From an uncultured Nitrososphaerota archaeon (GTDB lineage Archaea > Thermoproteota > Nitrososphaeria > Nitrososphaerales > Nitrosopumilaceae): 64,000 nucleotides of DNA. Position numbers and translations under genes: made by a program. Of the stretch, positions 61,748 through 64,000 are shown in pieces. The stretch spans positions 224,001 to 288,000 of the forward strand of contig CAWGPD010000004.1 of NCBI GenBank assembly GCA_963824385.1. Direction: 5' to 3'. Numbering within the stretch: the first letter of the stretch is position 1; each line of letters begins with the position of its first letter. A model generated the notes under the pieces. The model searched no databases and was not told the DNA's origin. It saw only the letters and a program-made list of their open reading frames with translations.

Positions 61748-63190
61748 TTGAGCAAAGAAATAGGAATTACAGTAAAGAAAAATGAGAATTTTAGTGAATG
61801 GTATACACAGATTGTACTAAAGGCACATCTTGCTGACTATGCACCTGTCAAAGGTCTCATAGTTCTAAGACCTTATGGATATTCAATATGGGAATCTCTT
61901 AAATCATCATTGGACCAAAAATTAAAGGCCACCGGTCATGAGAACGGATTTCTTCCAGTTCTAATACCAGAATCATTACTAAGTAAAGAATCGGATCACT
62001 TTGCAGGATTTACTCCAGAAGTGTTTTGGGTCACCCATTCAGGGGATACAGAAATAGGAGACAGGTTGGCATTAAGGCCAACCTCTGAGGCACTTGCCTA
62101 TTCAATGTATTCAAAATGGATCAAGAGCTGGAGAGATCTTCCAATGAAGATTAATTTTTGGAATTCAGCCCTTAGAGCAGAGATAAAGGCAACAAAACCA
62201 TTTTTGAGGACCTCGGAATTTTTATGGCAAGAAGGTCATACGGTACATGCAACAAAGGAAGAAGCAGAAGAAGAAGTCATGTCCATATTAGACATGTACA
62301 AGAAAACTGTTGAAGAAGAACTAGCAATTCCAGTAATCACGGGGAAAAAAAGTGAGAAGGAAAAATTTGTGGGAGCTGTTTATACTACTACGATGGAATC
62401 AATCATGCCAGATGGTAAGGCATTACAGATGGGAACATCCCACTTTTTAGGACAAAACTTTTCAAAACCATTTGATGTGAAATTTCTAGATAAGCAAAAT
62501 GTAGAAACTTTTGCGTGGCAGACATCATGGGGAGTATCATGGAGGTTAATTGGTGCACTCATCATGCTTCACGGAGATGACAAGGGGTTAGTCTTGCCAC
62601 CAAGAGTTGCACCAATACAAGTAGTCATAGTCCCAATATACTATTCTCCAACTGATAGAGATGCAGTTCTTGGCAAATCTTCAGAGATAAAGGAGACACT
62701 AGTAAAACACAATCTTCGTGTTCATATAGATGCAAGAGACGAAGTAACTCCAGGATACAAATTCAATGATTGGGAAATGAAAGGCGTTCCATTAAGAATT
62801 GAGATAGGTCCAAAGGATCTTGCCAAAGGCAAAACAGTTCTAGTCCGACGAGACAATCTCAAAAAAACTGATCTTGCATTTGAAAATACTGAGGAAGGAG
62901 TTCTAAGTATGTTAAATGAGATTCAGCAAGGACTTTTCCAAAATGCCAAGAACCTTTTAAAAGAAAAAACAAAAAATGTGACAGATTATGAGGAATTCAA
63001 ATCAGAGATGGAAAAAGGCGCGTTTCTTAATTCGCCATGGTGTGGAGAGACCAAGTGTGAAGAGATAATCAAAGAATCAACAGGTGCAGATATACGCGTA
63101 ATTCCTTTTGATGCAAAAAATGAAGGACATGTATGTATAGTATGCAAAAATCCAAGTAAGACTAACGTGATTTTTGCAAGAAGCTATTAG
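61748..63190 (+). CDS. proS: Proline--tRNA ligase, archaeal/eukaryotic type
   Basis: LRPTSE, FLRTSEFLWQEGHT, QTSWGVSWR and C-terminal FARSY motifs. Confidence 0.97.
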   Translation: MSKEIGITVKKNENFSEWYTQIVLKAHLADYAPVKGLIVLRPYGYSIWESLKSSLDQKLKATGHENGFLPVLIPESLLSKESDHFAGFTPEVFWVTHSGDTEIGDRLALRPTSEALAYSMYSKWIKSWRDLPMKINFWNSALRAEIKATKPFLRTSEFLWQEGHTVHATKEEAEEEVMSILDMYKKTVEEELAIPVITGKKSEKEKFVGAVYTTTMESIMPDGKALQMGTSHFLGQNFSKPFDVKFLDKQNVETFAWQTSWGVSWRLIGALIMLHGDDKGLVLPPRVAPIQVVIVPIYYSPTDRDAVLGKSSEIKETLVKHNLRVHIDARDEVTPGYKFNDWEMKGVPLRIEIGPKDLAKGKTVLVRRDNLKKTDLAFENTEEGVLSMLNEIQQGLFQNAKNLLKEKTKNVTDYEEFKSEMEKGAFLNSPWCGETKCEEIIKESTGADIRVIPFDAKNEGHVCIVCKNPSKTNVIFARSY

Positions 63191-63234
63191 CGCATACACT
63201 ACAACTAGGTTTTAGAATTTTTTGAGTTTTAGTT

Positions 63235-63738
63235 TTACGGGTCTACAGTGAATGTGCCTTTCATTTCTGGATGTATTATAGAATAATACGAAAATGTTCC
63301 TTCTTGGTTTGCAAGGAAGTTTATGGTCTGGGCTTCAAAGTAATGCAGATGTCTTGTATGAACATTAAAAGCATCAATATTTAGATCCTGATCTGAACCA
63401 GTATCCTTGTCTTCATTTATGAAATGTAATGCAATCAGAGTTCCTTTATTAACATGAATTGCAGGATTGGTGTTTGTACCAGATATTGATTTCTTTCCAG
63501 TCTTTGTTGATTGTTCGTCATACGAATAACCATCAGTATTATGAATTGCCAATATGTAGATGTTAGATGCTGGTGAAAAATTTGGTGTCGTACCATTTAC
63601 TGGAACGGAAGTTGACCAAAGATAATATACGCCGCCTGCTATTGCAGCAACAAAAATTGCAAGTGTTATTACAGTACCCTTAGAAATAGGACCAGTCTTA
63701 GCCTTACCTTTAGCCTTGTTCTTCTGTTTCTTTACCAC
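63235..63738 (-). CDS. Membrane-anchored cupredoxin-fold protein with degenerate copper site
   Basis: TM anchor; NPAIHVNKG…GTFSYYSIIHPEMKG. Confidence 0.8.
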   Translation of the reverse strand: MVKKQKNKAKGKAKTGPISKGTVITLAIFVAAIAGGVYYLWSTSVPVNGTTPNFSPASNIYILAIHNTDGYSYDEQSTKTGKKSISGTNTNPAIHVNKGTLIALHFINEDKDTGSDQDLNIDAFNVHTRHLHYFEAQTINFLANQEGTFSYYSIIHPEMKGTFTVDP

Positions 63739-63900
63739 TATGAATTTAACGAAATGTGTGTATATTTAGGTAATGATTATCCAAGATGAGTAAAGGATAA
63801 TACTAAAAGATCGAATGATTAAATCGATTATTTTGAGAAAGGAGAAATTGAGAGTAAAGAATAATATTTCGGTTTGTACCATTTTGGTTGAGATTTCAAT

Positions 63901-64000
63901 ATGAAAAAATTTGAAGTCATTCTGATTGGGATAATAATTGCTCTGTCGGCTACAGTATTGGTACAATTTACCAATGGGAGGACATTAAACGAGATATCTC
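63901..64000 (+). CDS. 5' end of a secreted or membrane protein, truncated by the window edge
   Basis: MKKFEVILIGIIIALSATVLVQF… signal-peptide pattern. Confidence 0.6.
   Translation, partial: MKKFEVILIGIIIALSATVLVQFTNGRTLNEIS

Noticed and set aside
63766..63966. 66-aa minus-strand ORF
   Set aside because: Atypical composition; overlaps a more convincing + strand signal-peptide ORF starting at 63901.

Overview
This is AT-rich, gene-dense chromosomal DNA from an ammonia-oxidising archaeon (Nitrososphaerota/Thaumarchaeota; my impression is Nitrosotalea- or Nitrosopumilales-like). The assignment rests on archaeal core genes (rpl40e, rps25e, rpoK, endA, psmB, ATP-dependent lig, cofE), the mcmA/mcmB/mce/meaB module of the 3HP/4HB cycle, and frequent TTG/GTG starts. 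It is mostly housekeeping DNA: sucCD, tpiA, ilvC, metG, ahcY, nadE, cysS, argS, proS, hom, birA, and a sulfur/thiamine block (sulfite reductase, rhodanese, thi4, trxB, cysteine synthase, TusA). I saw no rRNA, tRNA, CRISPR array or transposase. About 16 small indels split 13 otherwise intact genes, some essential, so the assembly is probably error-prone, and every single-base observation carries that caveat. Most notable: (1) a ~595-aa tandem-SDR protein with a YxxRxxY motif like Chloroflexus-type malonyl-CoA reductase, coupled to a MaoC-like gene, a candidate for an unassigned step of AOA carbon fixation; (2) three tandem secreted C-x-x-H-x-C paralogs with Met-rich tails, two sharing a promoter motif and a near-identical 105-bp tail, possibly a copper-handling system; (3) a 71-aa protamine/H1-like K(R)RSAP-repeat protein; (4) a protein with ~122 uninterrupted collagen triplets, divergent from a TPR protein; (5) several microproteins missing from the ORF track.
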